A stretch of 64,000 nt of DNA, from NCBI GenBank assembly GCA_965248695.1, contig CBDFKD010000002.1, forward strand, positions 1,216,001-1,280,000. Reading direction: 5' to 3'. The notes under the pieces are model-generated. The model made no database searches. It saw nothing but the letters and a program-made list of their open reading frames with translations, and was not told the DNA's origin. This document shows, piece by piece, positions 30,401-39,519 of this stretch. Both the position numbers and the translations under genes were made by a program. Source of the DNA: Acidobacteriota bacterium (GTDB lineage: Bacteria > Acidobacteriota > UBA890 > WLXD01). Numbering within the stretch: the stretch's first letter is position 1; each line of letters opens with the position of its first letter.

Positions 30401-30547
30401 CGAGATGATGATCTCGGGGAACTCGGCTTCCGGGACGACGTCGACCGGAAGATCCGTCCAGGCGGCCCAGGCGAGGAGGGCAAGGCCGCAATACAGCATG
30501 CCCACCGCGATGGGTCGTCGTACCGAGACGTCGATTAGCCAGCGCAC
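27419..30547 (-). CDS. Second RND efflux permease
   Basis: GMLVDNAVVVLENI, GIVVNNAILLVD, RVRPILITS. Confidence 0.95.
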   Translation of the reverse strand: MRWLIDVSVRRPIAVGMLYCGLALLAWAAWTDLPVDVVPEAEFPEIIISTSWPGASPESIQSLVTSPIESVTVTVPDVHKVTSTSQRGTSNVTVQFIEDVNLDLARFELADRLSLLHDDLPPGVPIPTLRANLPRQFRELEGGDFYSFTLRASRPLNDLRRIAKDDVVDALISVEGVSDVGVHGGQDPHLRITLDSKRLELYGVSSLQVRQAVDQIEGNWPVGAAELQGTAYVLRMDHRLDDLEPLRALPIREMTGRLVRLSDIADVTFGYAKIREFNRVDGEPLVQVRVQRKPGTDVLGVAREVRARLERLRAKLPPDITFEVKTDEAAVLEAELELVGRRLTMVLVLVAVLLVALLRDLRSAPLLFVSIAAALAMTIVAIYHLGVPVNVLTLTGLALAFGMLVDNAVVVLENIMRYRERGLAAPEASRRGAAEVIVPVLASTLTTIGVFFPFVYFQGRMRDYFTPLALAIAFALTASLFVAMTLMPAAAGRGLIATRVRQGPARLQWFRRGLGAGLKHPYAVLIFAIGVWYGSYVLFDEHVPRGGFFGWWGSQEQISVHVTLQSGAEAARTETALAPFEDYVLGLPDIDRVELMVTGNHGTMSVRFPPRVEVTAYPLLVKDQLIGIATRYAGLQISVYGFDQEGYSSGFSRSGLFNSRIKLFGYDYERVGGIGDSVARLAERSARVNEANVTAGGQGFWRDSGGELVMTVRRDRLAQTGVTVAELRGQLMSLLSGQTGTDRLRVGLEDWDLQIKVAGVDERNLQDVLDAPIRTTDGTTRLGQLVDVELRSVPGVITREDQRYDRYVQWKYRGSGRASNAYRQAIYDSLQLPPGYSASLEDRLALTAEEQIQVRNVSILALIIVFMVLASSYESLLQPFVVFLAVPAALIGVFWIYYLAERAFDAAASIGVVLLGGIVVNNAILLVDHINMRRTTLPLTEAIVAGAAERVRPILITSITTIGGMLPLVLIEADARMRSNDIWGTLALSTIGGLAASTLLTLTVTPILYLLTERWRMRGGEFVRRATRIWHSLPAGAMEVHR

Positions 30548-31022
30548 TCTTGCTCCGACCGTTCCTGCTGCCGCGTTCGACTGGACAACACGACACGGCA
30601 CCAATGACGCGCGAGAGCAGTCCGTGGGTCAACGGTGCACAAGGCCGTCCTCTACAAGGAGTCCCGCGTACCGCGCGGGTGCCATTGCCAGAATCAGACG
30701 GTCATCGTCCCTATCTAAGTGCCATTGCCATCGGCTTTCCGACCAGAAAGAAGGATGGAACTGGCGGGTTCTTAGGCCATGCCGAAGAGGCACCGCCGGC
30801 ATTGACTCGCACCTCTTGGTAACCACCTGGACAAAGACGGTATGGTGCGGGTAGTGGGATTCCGTGTCCTGGGGGCGTCACTGACGATCCGGCGGCGGTA
30901 CCGCCGGGTGCGCGCCGGCGCCAACGTGGCAATGGCCATTTTTCGGAAGGAGGCCGCGCAACTCACGCTGAACCTCGGGCGCGCGGCGGGTGGAGTCCTC
31001 GACTCCCTAACGCAACGCCCGC

Positions 31023-31754
31023 CTACTGCTCGATCCAGCTGTGAAACTGCAGTTCCATCTCGCGGATCTGGAAGCGGTTCCGCTGATAGAAGTTCAGCGC
31101 TCTCGGGTTGCGCCCTTCTACCGTCACCACCACGTTGGGACGCCCGGCCTGCTGGTGGTGATGCAGCGCCGCCTTGACCAGGGCGGAGCCGATGCCGGTG
31201 CCGGCGGCGCTGTCGCGCACGCCCACCATCTTCAGCGCGCCGGAGGTCGCACCGGCCGAGGAGCAGGTGGCCAGGCCCACGGGCACGCCGTCGCGGCGGG
31301 CGACGAGGGTGATCTCGGCGCGGCCGGCGCAGTAGTCCTGGATCTTGCGGGCGTAGTAGAGGCGGGCGGCATCCTCGTCGAATGACGGGTCGAGGTTGAA
31401 GCGGCTGTAGGTGCTGAGATCGTGCGCGATGGCGATCAGGTGGGGCATGTCCTCGGGCCGATAGGGGCTGATGTCGATCGCCGTGGACTCATCGGGCTCC
31501 GGGGCGTCCGGGTCGAGGCGGGCCTTGAGGGTGACGCGCACATCGAGCGGGGCGAAGCCGGCCTGGGCAGCCTCTTTGAGGGCGCCGCCGTCGGAGATGC
31601 CGCAGGTGAGGTACAGGCAGCGGTAGCCCTGATCGCGTGCCTGCTGGGGCAGCTCGGCGGGCTTGAACTGGCGCGGGTAGACGCGGCCGATGCGGAAGCC
31701 GAAGAACTCGGAGTCCCACGGTAACGGCTCGATGCTTCGGGAATGGGGGCTCAT
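31023..31754 (-). CDS. wecD: GNAT acetyltransferase, dTDP-fucosamine acetyltransferase-like
   Basis: LPWDSEFFG, YSRFNLDP, GTGIGSALV, NFYQRNRF; adjacent to wecE. Confidence 0.75.
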   Translation of the reverse strand: MSPHSRSIEPLPWDSEFFGFRIGRVYPRQFKPAELPQQARDQGYRCLYLTCGISDGGALKEAAQAGFAPLDVRVTLKARLDPDAPEPDESTAIDISPYRPEDMPHLIAIAHDLSTYSRFNLDPSFDEDAARLYYARKIQDYCAGRAEITLVARRDGVPVGLATCSSAGATSGALKMVGVRDSAAGTGIGSALVKAALHHHQQAGRPNVVVTVEGRNPRALNFYQRNRFQIREMELQFHSWIEQ

Positions 31755-31849
31755 GGCTTGAATTCCAGGATCGACTCGATCACGGGCGTGCTGATCGGAC
31801 TCCGACCGACAGGTCGTTGTAGAAGGGTAACCGCAACAGGCGGTCGGCG
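31677..31849. repeat. Direct repeat copy A (decayed wecE 3' end plus intact wecD 5' end)
   Basis: Near-identical to 32308-32475, with 1-nt and 4-nt insertions. Confidence 0.9.
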
Positions 31850-31957
31850 TCGGGTCATCGAGACCCTCCCTTGCGGGGCGGTGCAAGAGCGCGGTCAGTA
31901 GCTTCGAACCCCGGTAATAGTTAGACAGCCGACCTGCCACGGAGCTAGTCTCTAGAT

Positions 31958-32155
31958 ATGAAATACAAGGTGATACTTCAACAATCTCCGGAAGGGGTTA
32001 GCGCCTCGGTGCCCGGATTGCCCGGATGCTGGTCGCAAGGATCCGACGAGCTCGAGGCGTTGGAGAGCATCAAGGTCGCAGTGCGGGAGTACCTAGAGGT
32101 CGTTGCCGATCTCACGGAGGGCGCCGACGTGCGCGAGATCGAGATCGCTGTCTAG
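31958..32155 (+). CDS. hicB: HicB-family antitoxin (short form)
   Basis: SASVPGLPGCWSQG..EALESIKVAVREYL. Confidence 0.9.
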   Translation: MKYKVILQQSPEGVSASVPGLPGCWSQGSDELEALESIKVAVREYLEVVADLTEGADVREIEIAV

Positions 32156-32158
32156 GCG

Positions 32159-32275
32159 ATGCCCAAGATCCCCGGTGTCAGCCACAAGCGCGCCAACCTA
32201 ATCAACGCATTTACGATGGGCGGAATTGCGCGCGATGCCGGCTTGACTCCCGACGAATTCAAGAAGCTTCTCTAG
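32159..32275 (+). pseudogene. hicA: HicA toxin with internal in-frame deletion
   Basis: MPKIPGVSHK/RANLINAFTMGGIARDAGLTPDEFKKLL*: both ends kept, central G-x-H beta hairpin missing. Confidence 0.8.
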
Positions 32276-32307
32276 CTCATGAGCTCCGGAGTCTACGGGT
32301 GCCGCGA

Positions 32308-32475
32308 GTAGACGCGGCCGATGCGGAAGCCGAAGAACTCGGAGTCCCAGGGCAGCGGCTCGATGCTTCGGGAACGAGGGCTCATGGCACAAATTCCAGG
32401 ATCGACTCGATCACGGCGTGCTGATCGGACTCCGACAGGTCGTTGTAGAAGGGTAACCGCAACAGGCGGTCGGCG
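32308..32475. repeat. Direct repeat copy B (intact wecE 3' end plus 30-codon dead wecD stub)
   Basis: MSPRSRSIEPLPWDSEFFGFRIGRVYSRHP* from 32385. Confidence 0.9.
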
Positions 32476-33536
32476 ACCGACTCGGTTACCGGGCAGTCCC
32501 CTTCCCTGCCGCCCGTGCGCTGGCCCATGGGCGAGAGGTTGAGCGGAAGGTAATGAAACACAGCGTAGATGCCCAGGGCGCGCAGGTGCTCGATGAGCCT
32601 CGCACGCTGCTGCGGCTCGGGCAGGACGATCCAGTACAGGTGGTACGCCTGATCGCATCCGTCGGGCACGGTGGGGCGGCGGACGTCGTGAGTGGCAGCC
32701 CAGTCGCCCAGGGCGGAGTCGTAGTGTTCCCAGATGGCGCGGCGGGCAGCCTGGATGCGCTCGTGCGCCTGCAGCTGCGCGAGCAGGAATGCCGCCAGGA
32801 TCTCCGACGGCGGGTAGCTCGAGCCCAGGTCGACCCAGGTGTACTTGTCGACCTCGCCGCGGAAGAAGCGCGCCCGGTCGGTGCCCTTCTCGCGGATGAT
32901 CTCGGCGCGGTCGACCAGGTCGGGATCGTTGACCACCAGCGCCCCGCCCTCCCCACAGGTGAAGTTCTTGGTGGAGTGGAAGCTCAGGGTCGACATGCGG
33001 CCGAGGGTGCCGAGGGGGCGGCCATTGTAGGCGCCCAGCAGGCCGTGGGCGTTGTCTTCGATCACGTCGAGGCTGTGGCGGAAGGCAATCTGCTCGATGG
33101 TGTCCATCTCACAAGCCACACCGCCGTAGTGCACCGGCACGATGGCGCGGGTTTGCGGGCCGATGAGCGGCTCGAGCTTGGTCTCGTCGAGGTTGAGGGT
33201 GTCGGGGCGGATATCGACGAAGCGCGGCACCGCACCGCGCAGGGCAAAGGCATTGGCAGTGGAGACGAAGGTGAACGACGGCATGATGATCTCGTCGCCC
33301 GGCTGCAAGTTGAGCAGCAGCGCGCTCATCTCCAGCGCGTGAGTGCACGAGGTGGTGAGCATGACGCGCCGGTCGCCACCGAGGAGCTGCTCGAGCAGCT
33401 GCTCGCACTGGCGGCCGTACTCGCCGTTGCCGACGATCTGCCCGGCCTCGATGGCGGCGCCGATGTTGTCGAGCTCGGCACCCGCCAGCGCTGTGCGGTT
33501 GAAGGGAATCTGGAAGGGCGGGCCGTCGGCCGTCAT
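32382..33536 (-). CDS. wecE: dTDP-4-amino-4,6-dideoxygalactose transaminase (DegT/DnrJ family)
   Basis: SCTHALEM, SFHSTKN..GEGG, REKGTDRARFFRGEVDKYTW, VFHYLPL. Confidence 0.92.
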   Translation of the reverse strand: MTADGPPFQIPFNRTALAGAELDNIGAAIEAGQIVGNGEYGRQCEQLLEQLLGGDRRVMLTTSCTHALEMSALLLNLQPGDEIIMPSFTFVSTANAFALRGAVPRFVDIRPDTLNLDETKLEPLIGPQTRAIVPVHYGGVACEMDTIEQIAFRHSLDVIEDNAHGLLGAYNGRPLGTLGRMSTLSFHSTKNFTCGEGGALVVNDPDLVDRAEIIREKGTDRARFFRGEVDKYTWVDLGSSYPPSEILAAFLLAQLQAHERIQAARRAIWEHYDSALGDWAATHDVRRPTVPDGCDQAYHLYWIVLPEPQQRARLIEHLRALGIYAVFHYLPLNLSPMGQRTGGREGDCPVTESVADRLLRLPFYNDLSESDQHAVIESILEFVP

Positions 33537-33758
33537 GGAAGCGCTCAGGGGCGAGGTCGGGCGGGGCTCGGGCGACGATGCCCGGGAGCGGCATTCTACA
33601 ACCGCGTTGCGGCGGCCGACTTCAGGCCCAGATCAGGAACGTTCGGCGTACCTGCTTGCCAGCCATGAGATCCGCACGTAGAGCTGCTTTCAGCGATTCG
33701 TAAGGTGTTTTCGGTTCTTCCTAAGGAGTTGTGATCGGGCTCCCGGCATCGTGCCGGC

Positions 33759-35338
33759 ATGAGCAAACCAAATCCAGAACAGACCGTCAGTTCCAGCCGA
33801 GCAATCCACACCGACGCCTTGATCATCGGATCCGGTTTCGGTGGAGCCGCACCGGCCTTGCGCTTGGCCGAAGCCGGCCTTCGCGTGCACGTGGTGGAGA
33901 GGGGGCCGCGAATCGGCGCAGGGCAGATCCGTCGGACACAAGATCCGAACTACCTGCGCGAGCACATTCGAAGCACCGGAGGCGACGAGATAAGCCTCAC
34001 CCATGTGAACGCCTATGGGGGTGCCGCGCCGTTCTACGAGATGGTGTCGCTACGATCGCCGGCCGCAGCTTTCCGTCAGCGATCGGAGACGGGAACGCGG
34101 CTGTGGCCGGACGGCCTGGATCGCGCCGCACTCGACCTCTACTACGCCCGCGCCGAGCAGACCATGGGCGTACGGCAGCTCGAAAGCAACCGGATCCCGA
34201 AGACCGGTCAGGTGTTCGCGCAGTTGATGCAGGATGCCGGCCACGATTGCACGCGTCTGCCGATGGCGATTGGCAACTGTGTCGGCTCGGGGTTCTGTGT
34301 GACCGGCTGTGTATTCGGCGCGAAGCGCGGACCGGATATGACGTACCTGCCGCGGGCAGAGGCGGCCGGCGCCGAGATTCGCACGGGTTGGGTGGCGCGA
34401 GCCATCCGGCCGCTTCGCGGCGCCGAGGACGCACCTGGCGGCGGACCGATCGAGGACGTTCCCTACCGCTATGACGTGGTGTGCGTCGAAGCCGATGCCG
34501 ATCCGGCTCGCTACCGACGCGTTACATATCGGACCAAGTTGCTGATCCTGGCCTCGGGCACTGTTGGAACCGCAGGTCTCCTGTTGCGCAACCGGGACAC
34601 GTTGCGGCACATGAGTCGGCATGTCGGTCGCAACGTTGCCCTCAACGTCAGCTCGAAGGTAGTGGCGTTGCTGCCCTCGTCGTACCCCGATGTGGACAAC
34701 TTCAGCGGCCAGTCGATCCCAGGGGTCGTCAGCTACTCGTTGCTCGAATCGCACGGCATCGTGACCTTCCCGGCCAAACCGCTGCCGGTGCAGTTGCTGG
34801 CTTCGGCTCGCTTGCGCGTAGAGGCGGAGGAGCATCGCGGCGAGTACTGGGGACCCGACAACGTGGCGTTCATGAAACGGTACCGTCGCCGAGCGCTCGT
34901 TCTGGTCGGCCTGGCGGTGGCGCCGCCGCTGGCGGAGATCCGCTGCCGCCCGGGCGAAGGGGTGCAACCGGACAAGCTGAGCGTTCGCGTTCAGAGCGAG
35001 TTGGCGCTCGAAGTGATGCAGCGACGCTGCGGGAGTTGCTGCGCAGTGCCGGATGCCAGCTCGTCGACTTGACGCTGACGAAGCTGGACGGATCGGCGAA
35101 AGGGAAGCGCCAGTTCGGTGGTGCGCACCACGTCGGTTCGTGCCGCATGGGTGCCTCCGCCGCCGAAGGCGCGGTGGACAGCGCCGGCGAACTGTTCGGG
35201 CATCCCGGGATTCATGTCACGGACGGGTCGGCGATCCCGGCCGCGCCCGGCGTTAACCCGAGCCTCACGATTCTCGCCAACGCGGAGCGCATCGCCGAGA
35301 CGCTTTGTGCTCGCTACACGACCGGAGAGAGAACATGA
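33759..35338 (+). pseudogene. GMC-family oxidoreductase with one frameshift near 35015
   Basis: IIGSGFGG FAD motif, CVGSGFCVTGC; the C-terminal HHVGSCRMG..DGSAIP..GVNPSLTI lies in another frame. Confidence 0.8.
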
Positions 35339-35970
35339 TCGTCGCCGACACTCCGCTGGAACGACCGAACCGCGCACATCGATCGGTCGAACTGACCCCG
35401 CTAGATCGGCGCCGGGCGCTGGCCCTCCTGGGCATGGCAGTGGCCGGGCTGGCGGCGCCAGGTTGCCTCGTATTGGACCGCGTCTTGTCGCGCTATCGCG
35501 GCATGCTGCGCGACGACCGACCCTTGGAAGAAGCCGTGTATCGGGGTTTCGTCGACGCCGTTATCCCGGGACTCGACACGAGAACACTCGACTCGCCGAA
35601 CCTGGTACGAGTGTTCTTCGACGAGGATCTGCCGTTCGCTGACTATCACCTCGACATGTCAGCGCACCTGTGCAAGTCAGCAGCGAAGCACTGTGACGAG
35701 TGGCGCTACCATACGCTGAACCCAGAGCGCCGCCGCGAGGTCATCCGACGAGGCATCGAGTCGGGCGGGCTTGTGCAGCGCCTCTACGAGGGAACGGTGT
35801 TCATCACCCAGGTGGCGACCTACGCCAACATCTACGATGATGCGCGCGGTTGCCGGTTGATCGACTACGAAGGCACCTCCGGCAAGCTCGACTGGAGGCG
35901 GATGTCGTACCCGGATCTGCCGGATCGCTACGCCGCCGACATTCGCTGCCCGGGCGGACAGCCTGGCTAG
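35335..35970 (+). CDS. Tat-type protein resembling gluconate 2-dehydrogenase subunit 3
   Basis: DRRRALALLG signal; FVDAVIPG; ATGA-coupled to the GMC gene. Confidence 0.55.
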   Translation: MIVADTPLERPNRAHRSVELTPLDRRRALALLGMAVAGLAAPGCLVLDRVLSRYRGMLRDDRPLEEAVYRGFVDAVIPGLDTRTLDSPNLVRVFFDEDLPFADYHLDMSAHLCKSAAKHCDEWRYHTLNPERRREVIRRGIESGGLVQRLYEGTVFITQVATYANIYDDARGCRLIDYEGTSGKLDWRRMSYPDLPDRYAADIRCPGGQPG

Positions 35971-36194
35971 GCCTGGCTCGCGACTCGTCGCTAGCAGGCG
36001 GCCAGCTCGTACTTGATACCGGCGCCGTCCACCTCCCGCGCCAGCTCGGCGACCTCGATCACCTGCCGTATGTGACCGGATCGACCGAGGGCGGCATTCT
36101 ACAACCGTGGGGCGACCGGAAACCTTCGGTGCAGCAGCTGCAAACTCAGTATTGAAAATGATGCGCTCCTTTCTTCCGCGTTAGGGTCCCCTGC

Positions 36195-37946
36195 ATGATC
36201 GGCGAGACACTCGGTAAGTACCGCATCGACGCCAAGCTCGGCGCCGGCGGCATGGCGCGCGTATTCCGCGCCCGTCACGTGCACCTGGAGCGCGAGGTGG
36301 CGATCAAGCTGCTGCACGCGCACCTGTCCGACGACGAGGCGCTGCGCGAGCGCTTCCTGCGCGAGGCACAGGCAATTGCCACGCTGCGGCGTCCCGGCAT
36401 CGTGCAGATCTACGACTTCGATGTGGACGACGGGGTGTGCTACATCGCCATGGAGTTTCTGAGCGGCGAGAGCCTCGAGGAGCGCGCGGCGGAGCGTGCC
36501 GTGGATGGTCGGGCGTCCTTCGCGGTCGACGAGGCGCTGCAGATCATCATGTCGGTGGGGGTGGCGCTGGCGCACGCGCATCGGGCCGGCATCGTGCACC
36601 GCGACGTGAAGCCGTCGAACGTCATGCTCACCGACGACGGCCGAACGGTGCTGACCGACTTCGGCCTCGCCACGGTGCTCGATCAGACGCGCATGACGGT
36701 GGAGGGCAGTTCGGCCGGCACGCCGTCGTACATGGCGCCGGAGCAGGCAATGGGCGAGCGCGGCGATCACCGCGCCGACATCTATTCCCTCGGCATCATG
36801 GCCTACGAGCTGCTCGCCGGAGAGCGGCCGTTCCAGTCGGAGACGCTGGCGGGGATGCTCCACAAGCACCTGCAGGAGGCGCCGCCGCCGCTGAGGCCGA
36901 AGGTGCCGGGGCTGGCGCCGCACATCGTCGAGACGATCGAGCGGGCGCTCGCCAAGCGGCCGGAGGATCGCTTCGGCTCGGTAGACGAGATGGTGGCAAC
37001 GCTCAAAGGCGTGCTGCTCGGCGCGCCAACCGGCAGCGCCGACGATGCGACCACGGTCACCGATTACGCCGCCACGGCGCCGGCGATGTCGACCCGTGAG
37101 ATCGCCGCTGCAGTCGGCGGCACCGACGCCGGTCGTGGTGCCGGCGGGGACCGCGTGGCGTCGCGTCAACGGCTGATCATCGGCGTGGCGGCGTTGGTGC
37201 TGGCGGTGGTGGCCGGCTGGTGGGCGCTGGGGAACCTGGCGGCGACGAGCGGCGCGCCTGCCGAGCTCACCGACGACCCGGAGGCGGTGCCATCGATGGT
37301 GGCGCCCGCCGAGCCCGAGATTCCGTCGATGGCGCCGATGCCGCCGTGGACGGATGCTTTTGACGACAATACCCACGAGTGGGACCTGAGCACCGGACCG
37401 GTGTCGCGCTCGATGGTCGACGGCGCCTACCAGATCGAGCTGCGGGTGGGCGGCCAGGCGGTCTCGTCCACGGCGCACGGCGGTGGCCATTTCGGTGACC
37501 TGCAGTTTTCCAGCGACGCCAGCCTCGCCGAGGGTCAGCCAGAGAGCGGCTACGGGCTGGTGTTCCGGCGCGTCGACGAGCGCAACTACTACGTGTTCGC
37601 GGTCAACGGGCTGGGACAGTGGAGCGTGTGGGCGCTGGAGGCCGGCGCCTGGCGCGAGCTGCGCGGTCTGGCACAGCCGTGGACCGACCATGAGGCGATT
37701 CGGCGCGACGGCACCAACCGGCTCGCCGTGAAGGCTCTCGGCAACATGATCACGGTGACGGCCAACGACGTGGAGCTCGGTACGGTAGCCGACGAGACCT
37801 TTGTCGAAGGCTACCTCGGCTACTATGCGGCCTCTTCGCGCAGCGCCGGCAGCCCGTTGACCCGGGCGCGCTTCGACAATGCCAGGGTCGAGCCACTGAA
37901 GATCGACGCCGACGCACCGTCGATGGTGGCCAAGCCGGAGCGCTAA
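36195..37946 (+). CDS. Membrane Ser/Thr protein kinase with extracellular beta-sandwich domain
   Basis: LGAGGMARV, VAIK, HRDVKPSN, DFG, YMAPE; TM segment. Confidence 0.93.
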   Translation: MIGETLGKYRIDAKLGAGGMARVFRARHVHLEREVAIKLLHAHLSDDEALRERFLREAQAIATLRRPGIVQIYDFDVDDGVCYIAMEFLSGESLEERAAERAVDGRASFAVDEALQIIMSVGVALAHAHRAGIVHRDVKPSNVMLTDDGRTVLTDFGLATVLDQTRMTVEGSSAGTPSYMAPEQAMGERGDHRADIYSLGIMAYELLAGERPFQSETLAGMLHKHLQEAPPPLRPKVPGLAPHIVETIERALAKRPEDRFGSVDEMVATLKGVLLGAPTGSADDATTVTDYAATAPAMSTREIAAAVGGTDAGRGAGGDRVASRQRLIIGVAALVLAVVAGWWALGNLAATSGAPAELTDDPEAVPSMVAPAEPEIPSMAPMPPWTDAFDDNTHEWDLSTGPVSRSMVDGAYQIELRVGGQAVSSTAHGGGHFGDLQFSSDASLAEGQPESGYGLVFRRVDERNYYVFAVNGLGQWSVWALEAGAWRELRGLAQPWTDHEAIRRDGTNRLAVKALGNMITVTANDVELGTVADETFVEGYLGYYAASSRSAGSPLTRARFDNARVEPLKIDADAPSMVAKPER

Positions 37947-38043
37947 CCGCCGCACTCGTCGAGCGCTGAGGGGCTCGGGAGCGATACACTCAGGTTCGCT
38001 GGCGCGGGGGTCGCCAGCAGCACTTTCAGAGGCGATCCTGGCA

Positions 38044-39360
38044 ATGCGAACCAGAGCGATCCTGCTTTCCTGCCTGCTGGCTACGGTCGGCGGCTGCGCC
38101 CGGCAGCCGCCCGGCGGCATCGTGCTGGTGGTGATCGACACGTTGCGGGCCGACCACATGAGCCTGCACGGCTACGAGCGCCCGACGACGCCGCGCATCG
38201 ACGAGCTGGCCGCCAGCGGCAGCGTGTTCGAGCGCGCCTACTCGGCCTCCTCATGGACCCTGCCCGGCACCGCCAGCATCCTCACGGGTCTGTATCCCAG
38301 CGCCCATGGGGCCGGCACGTCGGATCATCGACGGATTCGTCAGGGCGTGCTCACGCTGGCGCAGTACCTGTCTGGGGCGGGCTTCTCCACCGGCGCGGTG
38401 GTGAACGTGTCGTTCCTGAGCCCGAAGTTCGGTATGGCGACCGGGTTCGATAGCTACAACCTGGCTTCGGCGACCGCCAACGATCTGCGACTCGCCGATG
38501 AGAGCCTCGACGATGCCCTCGAGTGGCTCGATCTGCGCGATCCGTCGCGGCCCTTCTTCTTGCTGCTGCACGTATTCGACGTGCACCATCAGTACTTCGC
38601 CCCGGAACCGGCACGCGGGGCGTTCACCCAGGTGTTCGCCGATCGCTACGGCGACACGCTGGGCAGCGTCGAGAGCCGTCTGGCGGCGGAGCAATCGCAG
38701 GACGTGGAGTTCTTGAAGGCGGCCTACGACGAGGAGATCCTCGCCGTCGATGCGCAGATCGGACGGCTATTCGAGGCCCTGCAACAACGCGACCTGCGCG
38801 ACACTACCTGGGTGGCGCTGACCTCCGACCACGGGGAGGCGTTCCGCGGGGAGCACTACCACCAGGGGCACGGCCGCTCGCTGTACAACGAAGTAATGCG
38901 GGTGCCGTTGATCCTCTGGGGCCCCGGAGTTCCGGCCGGGGCGCGATACGAGGAACCGGTATCTACGGTGGACATCGTGCCGACTCTGCTCGACGCCGCA
39001 CAGCTGGAAGTTCCCGACCTTTCGGGTGGCTCCCTGCTACCGCTGCTGGCCGGTGGGGCGGCACCCGAGCGCCCGATCTATGCGCGCAGCAACTACTACG
39101 GCATCGAGCTGGAGGCGATCGTCGACTGGCCCTACAAGATGGTGGTCAACCGCACCGCCCGCTCGCCGGCAATCTACGACCTCAGCACAGACCCCGGCGA
39201 GCTCGTGCCGCTCCACGATCCTGACAATGCGCGGCTAACCCGCAGGGCCCGACGTCTGCAGCGTCAGATGCGCGAGCTACGCCGCGACCGCGAGGGCAGC
39301 GCCGTGGAGCTGTCGCCGGAGCTCGAGCGTCAGCTGCGAGCGCTCGGCTATATCCAGTAG
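38044..39360 (+). CDS. Sulfatase-like (alkaline phosphatase superfamily) lipoprotein
   Basis: [39 protein letters not shown]. Confidence 0.9.
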   Translation: MRTRAILLSCLLATVGGCARQPPGGIVLVVIDTLRADHMSLHGYERPTTPRIDELAASGSVFERAYSASSWTLPGTASILTGLYPSAHGAGTSDHRRIRQGVLTLAQYLSGAGFSTGAVVNVSFLSPKFGMATGFDSYNLASATANDLRLADESLDDALEWLDLRDPSRPFFLLLHVFDVHHQYFAPEPARGAFTQVFADRYGDTLGSVESRLAAEQSQDVEFLKAAYDEEILAVDAQIGRLFEALQQRDLRDTTWVALTSDHGEAFRGEHYHQGHGRSLYNEVMRVPLILWGPGVPAGARYEEPVSTVDIVPTLLDAAQLEVPDLSGGSLLPLLAGGAAPERPIYARSNYYGIELEAIVDWPYKMVVNRTARSPAIYDLSTDPGELVPLHDPDNARLTRRARRLQRQMRELRRDREGSAVELSPELERQLRALGYIQ

Positions 39361-39519
39361 CCCGAATCCCGTAAGTAGTCGGTGGCGAATACCCTCCGGC
39401 AGGACCTTGATGGCGACATCACGATCCAGCGTCGTATCGCGTGCTCGGTACACCTGCCCCATCCCGCCTTCACCGAGCGGGGCGAGGATCTCGTAGTGGC
39501 CGAGCGTCTTGCCGATCAT
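39361..39519 (-). pseudogene. N-terminal stub of a second Ser/Thr kinase
   Basis: [42 protein letters not shown], after which similarity is lost. Confidence 0.8.

Noticed and set aside
30600-31020. Short ORFs and a small palindrome between the RND operon and wecD
   Set aside because: No recognisable motifs or convincing SD.
31850-32308. Integron cassette explanation for hicBA
   Set aside because: No attC-like structure or integrase seen; the flanks are gene-derived direct repeats.
36099-38159. 686-aa minus-strand ORF and similar long antisense ORFs (e.g. 54582-56381)
   Set aside because: GC-rich shadows of clearly recognisable genes on the opposite strand.
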